A DNA stretch of 64,000 nt from Candidatus Spongiisociaceae bacterium (GTDB lineage Bacteria; Actinomycetota; Acidimicrobiia; Spongiisociales; Spongiisociaceae): positions 736,001 to 800,000 of the forward strand of contig OZ241841.1 in assembly GCA_965202665.1 (NCBI GenBank), read 5' to 3'. Below the pieces are notes generated by a model. The model was given only the letters and a program-made list of their open reading frames with translations. It was not told the DNA's origin and searched no databases. Shown one piece after another: positions 8,987 through 18,867 of the stretch; the first letter of the stretch is position 1; each line of letters opens with the position of its first letter. Position numbers and translations under genes: made by a program.

Positions 8987-10563
8987 CGGAAAACCGGTTC
9001 GACGTGGTGGTGGCCGGAGCGGGCCACAACAGCCTGGCGGCCGCCGCCTACCTGGCGCGGGCCGGGCTGTCGACGGCGGTGGTGGAATCCCGGGAAACGG
9101 TGGGGGGCGACGCCGCCTCCGAAGAACTGACCCTGCCCGGCTTCTGGCATGACACCTGCTCCACCGCCCACAACATCATCCAGTCCAACCCGATGCTGCG
9201 CGACGATGAGTTGGGGCTGCGGGAGTACGGGCTGGAATACCTGAAACCGGATCCGGTGGTCCACCTTCCGTTCCCGGACGGGACATCGGTCACCATCTGG
9301 CGGGACATGGACGCCACCTGCGAAGAGTTCGCCCGCCTGCGGCCCTCCGACGCGGACGGCTACCGGTCGCTGATTGCGGAATACGACCAGATCAAAGGGG
9401 TTTTCTCCGCCTTCGACCACACCCCCATCGGCTGGGGGCCGGACCTGGACCAACGGCTGGCCGGCCATCCCCTGGGCGACCGGTGGCGACGGCTGCGCCA
9501 TCGGTCCGCCCTGCAGGTAATCGAGGAGCGGTTCCGGCATCCCTCCTCCCGGGCGGCCCTGCTGTGGATGGCTTTCATGACCATGCAACCCCCGCAACGG
9601 GCCGGGACCGCCCGCCTCGCCTTCTCCCTGGCCTATGGACGGCAAACCAACTCCTGGATCGTTCCCAAAGGGGGATCGGCCGCCCTCCCCCAAGCCCTGG
9701 CCGCCGCCTTCCAAGCGGCGGGCGGCGTCATCCGCACCGGGCAAACGGTGGTCGGCCTGATCAGGGAAGGAGGGCGCTGCGCGGGGGTGGAGTTGGAAAA
9801 CGGGGAGCGGCTGCGGGCGGAGCGGGCGGTGCTGTCCAGCATCCACATTAAGCATTTAGCGGAAATGGCCCCCGCCCAAACTTGGGACCCCGCCTTTCGG
9901 GAAGCGGTGGCTTCCTGGCAACCGGGCGTCGCCATGTTCGCCGCCCACTACGCAACCTCCGCCCCCCCGGTATTCGACGGGTCGGGCCTGTCGCCCCTCG
10001 CCTCCGGCCTGCCCCATTCCGCGGACCGGCTGTTGCGCATCGCCGACGATTTTCGCGCCGGGCGGGCGGCGACGGACGACCCTCCCCTGCTGATCCTCTG
10101 CCCCACCGTGACCGACCCCGGCCGGGCCCCGGCGGGCCGCCACACTTTGAAAGTGGTGGGATTTCATCCCTATCGGCTGGCCGGGGGCCCCCGGCGTTGG
10201 GACGAAATCAAAGAACAAACGGCGGAGGCCCACCTGGAGCATCTGCGTCGCTACGCTTCCCTGCCCGCCGATGAACATTTCCTGGCCTCCCATATTAAAA
10301 GTCCGCTGGACTTGGAACGGATGAACGCCCACAACTGGCACGGCTCCTGCCACGGGGGGGACATGGACCCCTCCCAAACGGGGCTGTTGCGGCCCGCTCC
10401 GGGCTGGGCCGGGCACCGCACCCCCCTCCCCGGCCTCTACCAGACGGGGGCCACCACCCACCCCGGCGGTTCGGTTTCGGCGGCTCCCGGCCGCAACGCG
10501 GCCCGGGTGCTCCTTTCCGACTTGGGCCTGTCCTGGGAAGCGGTCCTTTCCAACCGCCGATGA
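8983..10563 (+). CDS. NAD(P)/FAD-dependent oxidoreductase, phytoene-dehydrogenase-like
   Basis: DVVVAGAGHNSL N-terminus and GLYQTGATTHPGGSVSAAPGRNAA C-terminus. Confidence 0.85.
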   Translation: MTENRFDVVVAGAGHNSLAAAAYLARAGLSTAVVESRETVGGDAASEELTLPGFWHDTCSTAHNIIQSNPMLRDDELGLREYGLEYLKPDPVVHLPFPDGTSVTIWRDMDATCEEFARLRPSDADGYRSLIAEYDQIKGVFSAFDHTPIGWGPDLDQRLAGHPLGDRWRRLRHRSALQVIEERFRHPSSRAALLWMAFMTMQPPQRAGTARLAFSLAYGRQTNSWIVPKGGSAALPQALAAAFQAAGGVIRTGQTVVGLIREGGRCAGVELENGERLRAERAVLSSIHIKHLAEMAPAQTWDPAFREAVASWQPGVAMFAAHYATSAPPVFDGSGLSPLASGLPHSADRLLRIADDFRAGRAATDDPPLLILCPTVTDPGRAPAGRHTLKVVGFHPYRLAGGPRRWDEIKEQTAEAHLEHLRRYASLPADEHFLASHIKSPLDLERMNAHNWHGSCHGGDMDPSQTGLLRPAPGWAGHRTPLPGLYQTGATTHPGGSVSAAPGRNAARVLLSDLGLSWEAVLSNRR

Positions 10564-11582
10564 CCGACCGCCCCACCTTGCATGACATCGCCCGCCAAAC
10601 CGGGGTGCACGCCTCCACCGTTTCCCGCGCCCTCAACCCCCGGACCGCCTCCATGGTCAAATCCCAAACCCGGCGGCGGGTGTTGGAAACGGCCCGGGCT
10701 TTGGGCTACCGTCCGCATCCGCTGGCCCGGGGGTTGCGCACCAACCGGACCATGTCGGTGGGCATGGTCATTCCAGACATCGAAAACCCCCTGTTCGGGC
10801 CCATCATCGCCGGGGCGGAGGCGGTGTTGGCGGAAAGCGGATATTCGGTCCTCATCGGCAACCCCGGCTACGAAACCTTCCCAGCCAAGTCGGTGGTCAC
10901 CGCCATGCTGGACCGGCAAGTGGACGGCCTGCTGGTGGCGGCCGTCAGCCGCAACGACGATTCCATCGCCGCCGCCGCCGAGCGGGGGATCCCGGCGGCG
11001 CTGGTCAACCGCACCTTGGACGATGAGTCCGTCCCGGCCGTGGTGGGGGACGATCATCTGGGCGTCGGCCTGGCGGTGCGGCACTTGGCCGAGTTGGGAC
11101 ACCGCCGCATCGGGCACGTGGCGGGGCCGGGTTGGCTTTCCACCGGACACGGCCGGCGGGAGGCCTTCTTGGAGTGGATGGAAGCCGGGGGGTTGCGGGC
11201 CGACCCGGACCAGGTGGAGGAAGCCGACTGGTTCCAAGTGGAACCCGGCTACCGGGCCTGCCTGGCCTTGCTGGGACGCCGCCCCGACCTGACCGCCGTC
11301 GTCGCCGGCAACGACCTGCTGGGACTGGGGTGCTACCGGGCCATCCGGGCCGCGGGCCTCCGGCCGGGACGGGACATTTCCGTCACCGGCTACAACGACA
11401 TGCCCCTGCTGGAAATGATGCAACCGGCCATGACCGCGGTGCGCGTGCCCTACCGGGAGATGGGCGGACGGGCCGGTTCCGTGTTGCTGTCCCTGATGTC
11501 CGGCAAGCCTCCCCCCGCCGCCGCCGTCCGCCTGAAGCCCACTTTGGAAATCCGCGCCTCCACCGGCCCGGCCCCGTCTTGA
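10560..11582 (+). CDS. LacI family transcriptional regulator
   Basis: PTLHDIARQTGVHASTVSRALN helix-turn-helix and a periplasmic-binding-like C-terminal domain. Confidence 0.95.
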   Translation: MTDRPTLHDIARQTGVHASTVSRALNPRTASMVKSQTRRRVLETARALGYRPHPLARGLRTNRTMSVGMVIPDIENPLFGPIIAGAEAVLAESGYSVLIGNPGYETFPAKSVVTAMLDRQVDGLLVAAVSRNDDSIAAAAERGIPAALVNRTLDDESVPAVVGDDHLGVGLAVRHLAELGHRRIGHVAGPGWLSTGHGRREAFLEWMEAGGLRADPDQVEEADWFQVEPGYRACLALLGRRPDLTAVVAGNDLLGLGCYRAIRAAGLRPGRDISVTGYNDMPLLEMMQPAMTAVRVPYREMGGRAGSVLLSLMSGKPPPAAAVRLKPTLEIRASTGPAPS

Positions 11583-12751
11583 ATCCCGGTTTCCGCAACG
11601 GGGGACGGGGTTACCTGGCCGGGGTGGGCCTGGGCGTGTTCATCCTGACCGCGGCCGCTTTTTTCCGCCCTCCCCTGCTGCCGGACATCGGGCGGGAGCT
11701 GGACATCTCCACTACCGGGCTGGGCGGCCTGTTGTCGGTGTTCGCCTTGGGACGGTTGCTGGCGGACCTCCCCGCCGGATGGGCTATTGAAAACCGCCGC
11801 TCCAACCGGCTGATGGCTTTGGCGGCGGCCATCGTTGGCCTGGGAAGTTTGGCCGCGGCCGCCGCCCCCGGCCCGGCGGTCTTATACGGGGCGGCCCTGG
11901 CGATGGGGGCGGGCTCCACCCTGACCATCACCACCGCCACCGCCGCCTTCGCGGCCGTCCCCCGGGAGCGGCGCGGCATGTCCCTCTCCCTTTTCGCCGG
12001 GGCCATGCTGGCCGGACAGGCGGCGGGCCCGGCGGCGGGGGGAGCGCTGGGTTCCATCTGGAACTGGCGGTGGGCGTTCGCGGCGGGGGCGGGGATAGCC
12101 GTCCTGATGGGGGCTTTCCACCTGCTTGCCGCTGGAGCGCGGCTCGGCCCCGTCCATTCCGGGGACGGGGACGGCCCGCCGCCCAACCAGCGGGCGCTGA
12201 CCGTCATATATCTGATCCCGGCCGCGCAATTCGCCGTTTTCGGAGCTCTTATCCAAACCCTGATTCCGCTGGTGGGAGACGGCGAGTTGGGGCTGAGCGC
12301 CGCCATGGTGGGCCTGGCCCTCGGGGCGGGCGGGACCATCCGTTTTCTGGCCGCTTTGGCCGCCGGGCGCATCGCCGATCGAATCGCCCGCAAAGCGGCC
12401 CTGGTCCCCGGCCTTCTGTTGCAGGCTTTGGGAGTGGCCGCCTTCGGATGGATGCGGGGGGCGGTCGGCTGGTGGTCGGCCATCGTTTTGCTCACGCTGG
12501 GTTCGGTGGCGGTGAACGTGGGAAACGCGGCGCTGGCCGACCTGAGCGAACAGGACGGCAAACTGGGACGGCGGCTGGGCGTCTACCGCCTCACCGGCGA
12601 CGCCGCTTTCCTGGCCGCCCCCCTGCTGACCGCCGCCCTGTTCGAAAACTGGGGACGGGGGGCGGCGGCGGCCCCCCTGCTGGCTTTCACCCTGCTGGTT
12701 GTCCTGGGAACCGCCTTTTTGGTGCCGGAGACCCGGCGCCTGCTACACTGA
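11579..12751 (+). CDS. MFS transporter
   Basis: About 12 TM segments, GRIADRIARK MFS motif; TTG start overlaps the lacI stop. Confidence 0.8.
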   Translation: MNPGFRNGGRGYLAGVGLGVFILTAAAFFRPPLLPDIGRELDISTTGLGGLLSVFALGRLLADLPAGWAIENRRSNRLMALAAAIVGLGSLAAAAAPGPAVLYGAALAMGAGSTLTITTATAAFAAVPRERRGMSLSLFAGAMLAGQAAGPAAGGALGSIWNWRWAFAAGAGIAVLMGAFHLLAAGARLGPVHSGDGDGPPPNQRALTVIYLIPAAQFAVFGALIQTLIPLVGDGELGLSAAMVGLALGAGGTIRFLAALAAGRIADRIARKAALVPGLLLQALGVAAFGWMRGAVGWWSAIVLLTLGSVAVNVGNAALADLSEQDGKLGRRLGVYRLTGDAAFLAAPLLTAALFENWGRGAAAAPLLAFTLLVVLGTAFLVPETRRLLH

Positions 12752-12779
12752 CAAAACCACCCGGGTCTCGGCCCGCCCG

Positions 12780-12802
12780 TTCGCAATCGTTTGTAATATA
12801 AT
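12780..12802 (+). promoter_or_regulatory. LacI-type operator 5 (TTCGCAATCGTTTGTAA) abutting a TATAAT -10 box of the ABC operon
   Basis: Operator at 12780-12796, TATAAT at 12797-12802. Confidence 0.8.
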
Positions 12803-12858
12803 GGGCAACCGAAACTCGGGCCACAAAACGGGTATCAGTTACTCAGGGAGGTAACGCA

Positions 12859-14238
12859 ATGAAAACTTGGAAATGGGCAGCCCTTTTGGCGGTGATGGCG
12901 TTGGCGGCCGCCGCCTGCGGGGATTCGGGATCCGACCCGACCACCACCACCGCCGCCCAAACCACCACCACCGCCGCCGCGCAGACCACCACCACCGCCG
13001 CGCAGACCACTACCGCCGCCGCGGCGGACCCGATCGTGCTGGGGGCCTCGCTGCCCCTCACCGGAGAGTTTTCCATCCCGGGCAGCAAGCACGCCGACGG
13101 TTACCGGTTCTGCGTGGACGAGTTGAACGACCGGGGCGGAATCCTGGGACGCCCGGTGGAGTTGCTCTTGGAGGACAACCGCAGCGACACCGAAGTGACG
13201 GTCACCCAGACCGAGCGCTTCATCAACGTGGACAACGTGGACGCCCTGCTGGGCACCTTCTCCAGCCTGCTCGGTTTCCCGGCCTCCACCATCGCCGAAC
13301 AGAACAACATGGTCTATCCGGTTCCCTCCAGCGGCGCCATGCGCCTCTACGCCCGCGGTTACCAGAACCTGTTCTACTTCCAGCAGTTGCCGGCCGAGTT
13401 GACCGGCTCCTCGGTCGTGGACCTGGTGAACTACTACGTGGACCAGGGAATCATTGAGGACGCGCCGGCGCGGGCGGCGGTGGTAGCCGCCGACGATTTC
13501 TTCGCCGGGGCCATCGCCAACGGCTTTATGGGCGGAGACGTGAGCATCCCCGGTTCGGACGAGACGTACAGCCTGGCCCCCGGCTACCTGGCCGAACTGA
13601 ACATGGAACCGGTCTTGAATGAGGTGTGGCCGGTGGGATACACCGACTGGCTGACCCTGGCCAACTCCATCAGCAACGCCGAGCCGGACTTCCTGGCCGC
13701 GGCCACCGCCTCCCCGGACGAGGCCATCTCGCTGGCCCAGGCCCTGCAGACGGTGGGGGCCCAGATTCCGCTGGTTTACATGTCGCAGGGGGCCCAGTCC
13801 GAATTCTACGACGCCCTGGGCGACACCGCCAACGGCATCATCATCCACTCGGTGTGGAGCCCCTTGGCCAACTTCTCCGGAACCCTGGCCGGCCAGCCCT
13901 ACACCAACCAGGACTTCATCGACGGCTTCACCGCCTCCTTCGGCAAAGCCCCGGACGAGGACGAGGCCATCCCGTTTGCGGTGTGCCAGGGAATCGCCCA
14001 GGCCATGGAAGGCACCGGGGGCACCGACAACGCCGCTATGTCGCAGTGGATGCACGCCCGCACCTTGGACGACCCGGTGAGCACCATCATGGGGGCCTTC
14101 GCCTGGGACGACCGGGGTTTGCCGTTCGAGCGCAGCTTCCTGGTCAACCAGTGGCAGAACGGCTCGTTGGAGTTCGTATATCCGGTGGGCGAGTTCCCCG
14201 GAACCTCCGACCTGCTGTACCCCAAGCCCGACTGGTAA
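12859..14238 (+). CDS. Branched-chain amino acid-type ABC transporter substrate-binding lipoprotein (LivK-like)
   Basis: Lipobox AAAC, Thr-rich linker, IVLGASLPLTG and GGILGRPVELLLEDN. Confidence 0.9.
   Translation: MKTWKWAALLAVMALAAAACGDSGSDPTTTTAAQTTTTAAAQTTTTAAQTTTAAAADPIVLGASLPLTGEFSIPGSKHADGYRFCVDELNDRGGILGRPVELLLEDNRSDTEVTVTQTERFINVDNVDALLGTFSSLLGFPASTIAEQNNMVYPVPSSGAMRLYARGYQNLFYFQQLPAELTGSSVVDLVNYYVDQGIIEDAPARAAVVAADDFFAGAIANGFMGGDVSIPGSDETYSLAPGYLAELNMEPVLNEVWPVGYTDWLTLANSISNAEPDFLAAATASPDEAISLAQALQTVGAQIPLVYMSQGAQSEFYDALGDTANGIIIHSVWSPLANFSGTLAGQPYTNQDFIDGFTASFGKAPDEDEAIPFAVCQGIAQAMEGTGGTDNAAMSQWMHARTLDDPVSTIMGAFAWDDRGLPFERSFLVNQWQNGSLEFVYPVGEFPGTSDLLYPKPDW
12940..13026 (+). repeat. 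Tandem 21-24 bp ACC-rich repeats encoding a TTTTAA(A)Q linker
   Basis: Four copies of ACCACC(ACC)ACCGCCGC. Confidence 0.8.
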
Positions 14239-14252
14239 GCCGAAACCGATGT

Positions 14253-14289
14253 GGAGGGGCCCCGAATTGAAGAAAATCGGGGCCCCTCC
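14253..14289 (+). terminator. 13-bp stem hairpin after the binding-protein gene (mRNA-stabilising or partial terminator)
   Basis: GGAGGGGCCCCGA-N11-TCGGGGCCCCTCC. Confidence 0.65.
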
Positions 14290-14315
14290 CCCCTCCCTCC
14301 CCGCCGCGCCTCTCC

Positions 14316-15092
14316 GTGAGCCTCGACCATGAGAGCCCCCGCCGGGTTCCGGCCCCGGCGCCCCTGCTGGAAATCCGCGGCATCACCAAAACCTACGGCG
14401 GCCTGGTGGCGGTCAACCGGGCTTCCTTCTCGGTGGACGCCGGGTCCATAACCGCCCTCATCGGCCCCAACGGAGCGGGCAAAACCACCGCCTTCGACAT
14501 TATCTCCGGGGTGGCGGTTCCCGACTCGGGGCGGATAATCTTCGACGGGCGGGACATCACCGGCCTGATGGCCCACAAAATAGCCAAACAGGGCATGGGG
14601 CGCACCTTTCAGATCACCCGGGAGTTGCGGGACATGACCGTGCTGGAAAACATGGTGGCCTCCACCGTGCCCAACAACCTGTCCAGCCTGCTGGGCGGGC
14701 GCATCCGGGCGGCCGAACGGGAACGGGCCATGGACATCCTGGCCTTCACCGGCATTGAGCGGCTGGCCGAACAGCCCGCCAAACGGCTGTCCTACGGCCA
14801 ACGGAAACTGCTGGAACTGTCCTCCATCCTGATGACCGAACCGAAAATGGTGTTGCTGGACGAACCCGCCGGCGGGGTCAACCCGGCCCTGCTGGAACGG
14901 ATAATGGACCGCATCTTGGAACTGAACCGACGGGGGACCGCTTTCCTGATCGTGGAACACAACATGGAGGTGGTGATGCGCCTCGGCCAGTCCATCGTGG
15001 TGATGGCCCACGGACAGGTCATAACCCAGGATTCCCCGCAGGCGGTGCGGGAGGATCAGCGGGTGCTGGACGCCTACTTGGGGGAGGCGTAA
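14316..15092 (+). CDS. ABC transporter ATP-binding protein (LivG-like)
   Basis: GPNGAGKTT, LSYGQRK and LLDEPAGG motifs. Confidence 0.9.
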   Translation: MSLDHESPRRVPAPAPLLEIRGITKTYGGLVAVNRASFSVDAGSITALIGPNGAGKTTAFDIISGVAVPDSGRIIFDGRDITGLMAHKIAKQGMGRTFQITRELRDMTVLENMVASTVPNNLSSLLGGRIRAAERERAMDILAFTGIERLAEQPAKRLSYGQRKLLELSSILMTEPKMVLLDEPAGGVNPALLERIMDRILELNRRGTAFLIVEHNMEVVMRLGQSIVVMAHGQVITQDSPQAVREDQRVLDAYLGEA

Positions 15093-15832
15093 TGGCCTTG
15101 TTGGAAATAGAAGGGGTGCGCGCCGGCTACGGGACGGGTCCGGACATCCTGACCGATGTGTCGATCAGCATCGAAGAAGGGGCCTCCTACTGCATCATCG
15201 GACCGAACGGGGCGGGCAAATCCACCCTGCTGAAAACGGTGGCGGGCATCCTCAGCCCCCGGGACGGAACCATCTCCTTCGACGGCCGGCCGATCGGCGG
15301 GTTGCGTCCGGACCGGGTGCTGCAGGCCGGAGTGTGCTTCGTCCCCCAGGATCGGACTTTGTTCCCGGAAATGACCGTCAAGGAAAACCTGGTAATGGGC
15401 GGCTATCTGGTCCGCAACCGCCGCCTGGTGGATCAACGGATGGAGCGGGTCTTCGCCATGTTCCCCCGGCTGGCGGAACGTTCCTCCCAACTGGCCCAAA
15501 CCATGTCCGGCGGAGAACAGCAGATTCTGGCTTTGGGCCGGGCCCTGATGATCGAACCGCGGCTGATGATGATCGACGAACCCAGCCTCGGTTTGGCCCC
15601 GCAAATCAACGCGGTGGTGTTCGACGCCATTCGCCGCTTGGGAACCGAGATGGGGATCACCGTGGCGCTGGTGGAACAGAACGTCAAAAAGGGCCTGGAG
15701 GCGACCGACCGGGCTTTCGTGCTGGATCTGGGAACCAAACGGTTTGAGGGCCCCTCCGATCAAATACTGGACGACCCCCGCATCCGCGACCTGTACCTGG
15801 GGGCGTTGGCAACCCGGGCAGAGGGTTCGTAA
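15092..15832 (+). CDS. ABC transporter ATP-binding protein (LivF-like)
   Basis: GPNGAGKST, MSGGEQQ and DEPSLGLAP motifs. Confidence 0.9.
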   Translation: MALLEIEGVRAGYGTGPDILTDVSISIEEGASYCIIGPNGAGKSTLLKTVAGILSPRDGTISFDGRPIGGLRPDRVLQAGVCFVPQDRTLFPEMTVKENLVMGGYLVRNRRLVDQRMERVFAMFPRLAERSSQLAQTMSGGEQQILALGRALMIEPRLMMIDEPSLGLAPQINAVVFDAIRRLGTEMGITVALVEQNVKKGLEATDRAFVLDLGTKRFEGPSDQILDDPRIRDLYLGALATRAEGS

Positions 15833-16704
15833 TGCACAATCTGCAGGTTCTGGTACTGGGGACTTTGCTGGGAGGCGTGTACGCGCTGATGGCCTCCGGC
15901 CTGACCCTGCTGTTCGGGGTGATGCGGGTGGTGAACCTGTCGCACGCCGCCTTCGTGGTGCTGGCAGCCTTCCTCAGCTACTACCTGTTCGACGGCCTGG
16001 GGATCGACCCGTTGCTTTCCATGTTCATCGCCCTTCCCATCTTTTTCGTGCTGGGCGCCGCCCTCTACCGCCTGCTCTTCCCCCGCATCGAAGGCTCCCC
16101 CAAGTTTCCGGAAATGACGGTGCTGCTCACCTTCGGGCTGGCTTTCATCGTGGAAGGATTAATGTCCTATTTCTTCACCGGCATTTACCGCACCGTCAAC
16201 CCCCCCTACGCCCGGGACGCCATCATCTTGGGAGACTTGTTCATCCCCACCGGCCAGTTCTACGCCCTGCTGGCCAGCGCCCTGCTGCTGGTCGGACTGT
16301 GGCTGTTCCTCAAATTCACCCGCATCGGCTACGGGGTGCGGGCCACCATGCAAAACCGGGAGGCGGCGCAGATCGTGGGGGTGGACGTGCGACGGGTGTC
16401 CACCATCGCCTTCGGCCTGGGGATGGCGGTGGCGGGAGCGGCCGGGGCCCTGGTCAGCTTCGTCTTCCCGTTTTTTCCCTCCCGTCACTGGCAATGGATC
16501 GCCATCCTGCTGTCCCTGATCGTGCTGGGCGGTTTGGGCAGCCTGAAAGGGGCTGTGATCGGGGCGGTGGGGCTGGCGGTGATTTCTTCTTTCGTGAGCG
16601 ACCGGATCGGGCCGGTGTGGGCCCCCATAACCTTTTTCGGGGTGCTGTTCATCGTGTTGCTCATCCGACCGCAGGGTCTGTTCGGCAAAAAGGCCCGCAT
16701 ATGA
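15832..16704 (+). CDS. ABC transporter permease (LivH-like)
   Basis: GLTLLFGVMRVVNLSH and IVLGGLGS motifs. Confidence 0.9.
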   Translation: MHNLQVLVLGTLLGGVYALMASGLTLLFGVMRVVNLSHAAFVVLAAFLSYYLFDGLGIDPLLSMFIALPIFFVLGAALYRLLFPRIEGSPKFPEMTVLLTFGLAFIVEGLMSYFFTGIYRTVNPPYARDAIILGDLFIPTGQFYALLASALLLVGLWLFLKFTRIGYGVRATMQNREAAQIVGVDVRRVSTIAFGLGMAVAGAAGALVSFVFPFFPSRHWQWIAILLSLIVLGGLGSLKGAVIGAVGLAVISSFVSDRIGPVWAPITFFGVLFIVLLIRPQGLFGKKARI

Positions 16705-17717
16705 TCGAAGAGCGGAACCCCTCCTCCGCCCCCGCTCCGGAGTTTTCCAAGCGGCCGTCGGGGAAAATGCGCTGGACGATGCTGTGGGCGGTGCTGGCCG
16801 TCGCCCTCGCCTTGCCCCTGTTGCGGGGAATCGACTCCTACAACTACGTGTTGCAACTGGTCACCGTGGTGTTCATGTGGATCGCTTTAACCTCCAGCTG
16901 GAACATCCTGGGGGGATACACCGGTTACATTTCGCTGGGGCACAACGTTTTCTGGGGGGTGGGCGGCTACGTTTCCGGCCTGTTGCTGCTGGAATTCGGC
17001 TGGTCCCCTTTCGCCACCGCCCTGCTGGCCGGAGCGGTGGCCATGGGACTGGGGGTGATAGTCGGGCTGATCACCTACCGGACGCGGGGGCCGTCTTTCA
17101 TCATCTCCACCATCGCCCTGTTGCTGGTGGTGACTTTGCTGATGGACAACTGGGCCTACCTGGGCGGTTCCAACGGGTTGAGCCTGCCGCTGGTCCCCCT
17201 TGACATTTCCTGGGTGAAAGTCCCCTTCTACTATGCGATGCTGGCGGCGGCGGCCGGGTCGGTGTGCCTCGGCTACCGGGTGGCCCATTCCAAATTCGGG
17301 GTGGCTTTGCGGGCCATCGCCGCCGACGAGGTGAAAGCGGAAGTGTCGGGCATCAACACCCGGCGTTACAAACTGATGGCCTTCGCCCTCAGCGCCTTCT
17401 TCCCGGGGGTGGTGGGGGCCCTCTGGGGATATTCGCTGGCCTATCTGAGACCGGTCATTTTCCTGATTATCGCCATGGCGGCCCGGATGGTGCTGATGGC
17501 CATCGTAGGCGGGCGGGGCACGGTGGCGGGGCCGGTCATAGGGGCCGTCCTCATCGTGGCTTTCGACGAAGTCTCAATAACCTATTTCGGAGGTTCGGAA
17601 CTGAACCTGGTCATCACCGGCGCGTTGATGGTCCTGATATTGCTGTTTTTCCCGGCCGGGCTGGTCGGGTCCCTGCGGGAACGCAACCGGCTCCCCTCCT
17701 GGCTGGACTGGGACTGA
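16701..17717 (+). CDS. ABC transporter permease (LivM-like)
   Basis: WNILGGYTGYISLGH and IVGGRGTVAGP; ATG at 16701 overlaps the livH-like stop. Confidence 0.9.
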   Translation: MIEERNPSSAPAPEFSKRPSGKMRWTMLWAVLAVALALPLLRGIDSYNYVLQLVTVVFMWIALTSSWNILGGYTGYISLGHNVFWGVGGYVSGLLLLEFGWSPFATALLAGAVAMGLGVIVGLITYRTRGPSFIISTIALLLVVTLLMDNWAYLGGSNGLSLPLVPLDISWVKVPFYYAMLAAAAGSVCLGYRVAHSKFGVALRAIAADEVKAEVSGINTRRYKLMAFALSAFFPGVVGALWGYSLAYLRPVIFLIIAMAARMVLMAIVGGRGTVAGPVIGAVLIVAFDEVSITYFGGSELNLVITGALMVLILLFFPAGLVGSLRERNRLPSWLDWD

Positions 17718-17721
17718 GCGA

Positions 17722-18867
17722 ATGGGCGACCGGATCATCCGCATTGCGATGAACGGGGTCACCGGCCGGATGGGCCGCAACCAGCACCTGGCCCGCTCCG
17801 TCATCGCCTTGCGCGACCAGGGAGGGGTCGCCCTGCCCGACGGCTCCCGCCTGATTCCGGAACCGATTTTGGTGGGCCGCAACCCGGGCAAACTGGCCGA
17901 GTTGGCCGCCGCCCACAACGTGGAACGGTGGACCTGCGACCTGCGGGAGGCGTTGGACGACCCGCAGGTGGAAATCTATTTCGATTCGCAGTCCACCAAC
18001 CGGCGGGCGGAGGGGGTGCGGGCGGCGGTGGAAGCGGGCAAAGCCGTCTACTGCGAGAAGCCGCTGGCCGGGGACGCCGCCACCGCCCGGGACCTGCTGG
18101 ATTTGGCCGAAAACGCCGGCATCAAGCACGGAATCGTGGCCGACAAGTTGTTCCTGCCGGGGCTGCGGGAGTTGCGAAACCTCATCAACCAGGGGTTTTT
18201 CGGCCGCATCCTGTCGGTGCGGGGGGAGTTCGGCTACTGGGTGTTTGAAGGTTTTGACGGGGAGGCGCAACGGCCCGCCTGGAACTACCGGGCCGAGGAG
18301 GGCGGCTCCATCATCTTGGACATGTTCCCCCACTGGCAGTACGTGATCGAAGATCTGTTCGGGGAAATCGAGTCGGTGTGCGCGCTGGGGGCCACCCACA
18401 TTCCCACCCGCTACGAGGAAGGGGAGCCGTACCAAGCCACCGCCGACGACGCCGCCTACGCCATTATGCGGTTGCGGGACGGGGCGGTGGTGCAAATAAA
18501 CTCTTCGTGGACCACCCGGGTGTACCGGGACGAGCTGGTGGTTTTCCAAGTGGACGGGGTGGACGGCTCGGCGGTGGCCGGATTGCGCGAGTGCCGTTGG
18601 CAGAAACGGACCGATACCCCCCGCCCGGTGTGGAACCCGGACGTCCCCAACCCGATCGATTTCCGCGCCGGATGGACCCCGGCCCCGGAACGTCCGGCTG
18701 ACAACGGATTCAAACTGCAGTGGGAGGCTTTTCTGCGGCACGCCGCGGCCGGGGAGCCTTTCCCATGGACTTTCGCCGGAGCGGTGCGGGGCTTGGAACT
18801 GGTGGAAGCGGTTATGCGCTCCTGGCGTGAACGCAGGTGGGTGGACCTGTCCGAGGCGCGGCGGTGA
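17722..18867 (+). CDS. Gfo/Idh/MocA family oxidoreductase
   Basis: NGVTGRMG, VYCEKP and DMFPH motifs. Confidence 0.9.
   Translation: MGDRIIRIAMNGVTGRMGRNQHLARSVIALRDQGGVALPDGSRLIPEPILVGRNPGKLAELAAAHNVERWTCDLREALDDPQVEIYFDSQSTNRRAEGVRAAVEAGKAVYCEKPLAGDAATARDLLDLAENAGIKHGIVADKLFLPGLRELRNLINQGFFGRILSVRGEFGYWVFEGFDGEAQRPAWNYRAEEGGSIILDMFPHWQYVIEDLFGEIESVCALGATHIPTRYEEGEPYQATADDAAYAIMRLRDGAVVQINSSWTTRVYRDELVVFQVDGVDGSAVAGLRECRWQKRTDTPRPVWNPDVPNPIDFRAGWTPAPERPADNGFKLQWEAFLRHAAAGEPFPWTFAGAVRGLELVEAVMRSWRERRWVDLSEARR

Noticed and set aside
12940-13026. ACC-rich tandem repeat as a novel element
   Set aside because: In-frame Thr-rich linker, common in actinobacterial lipoproteins
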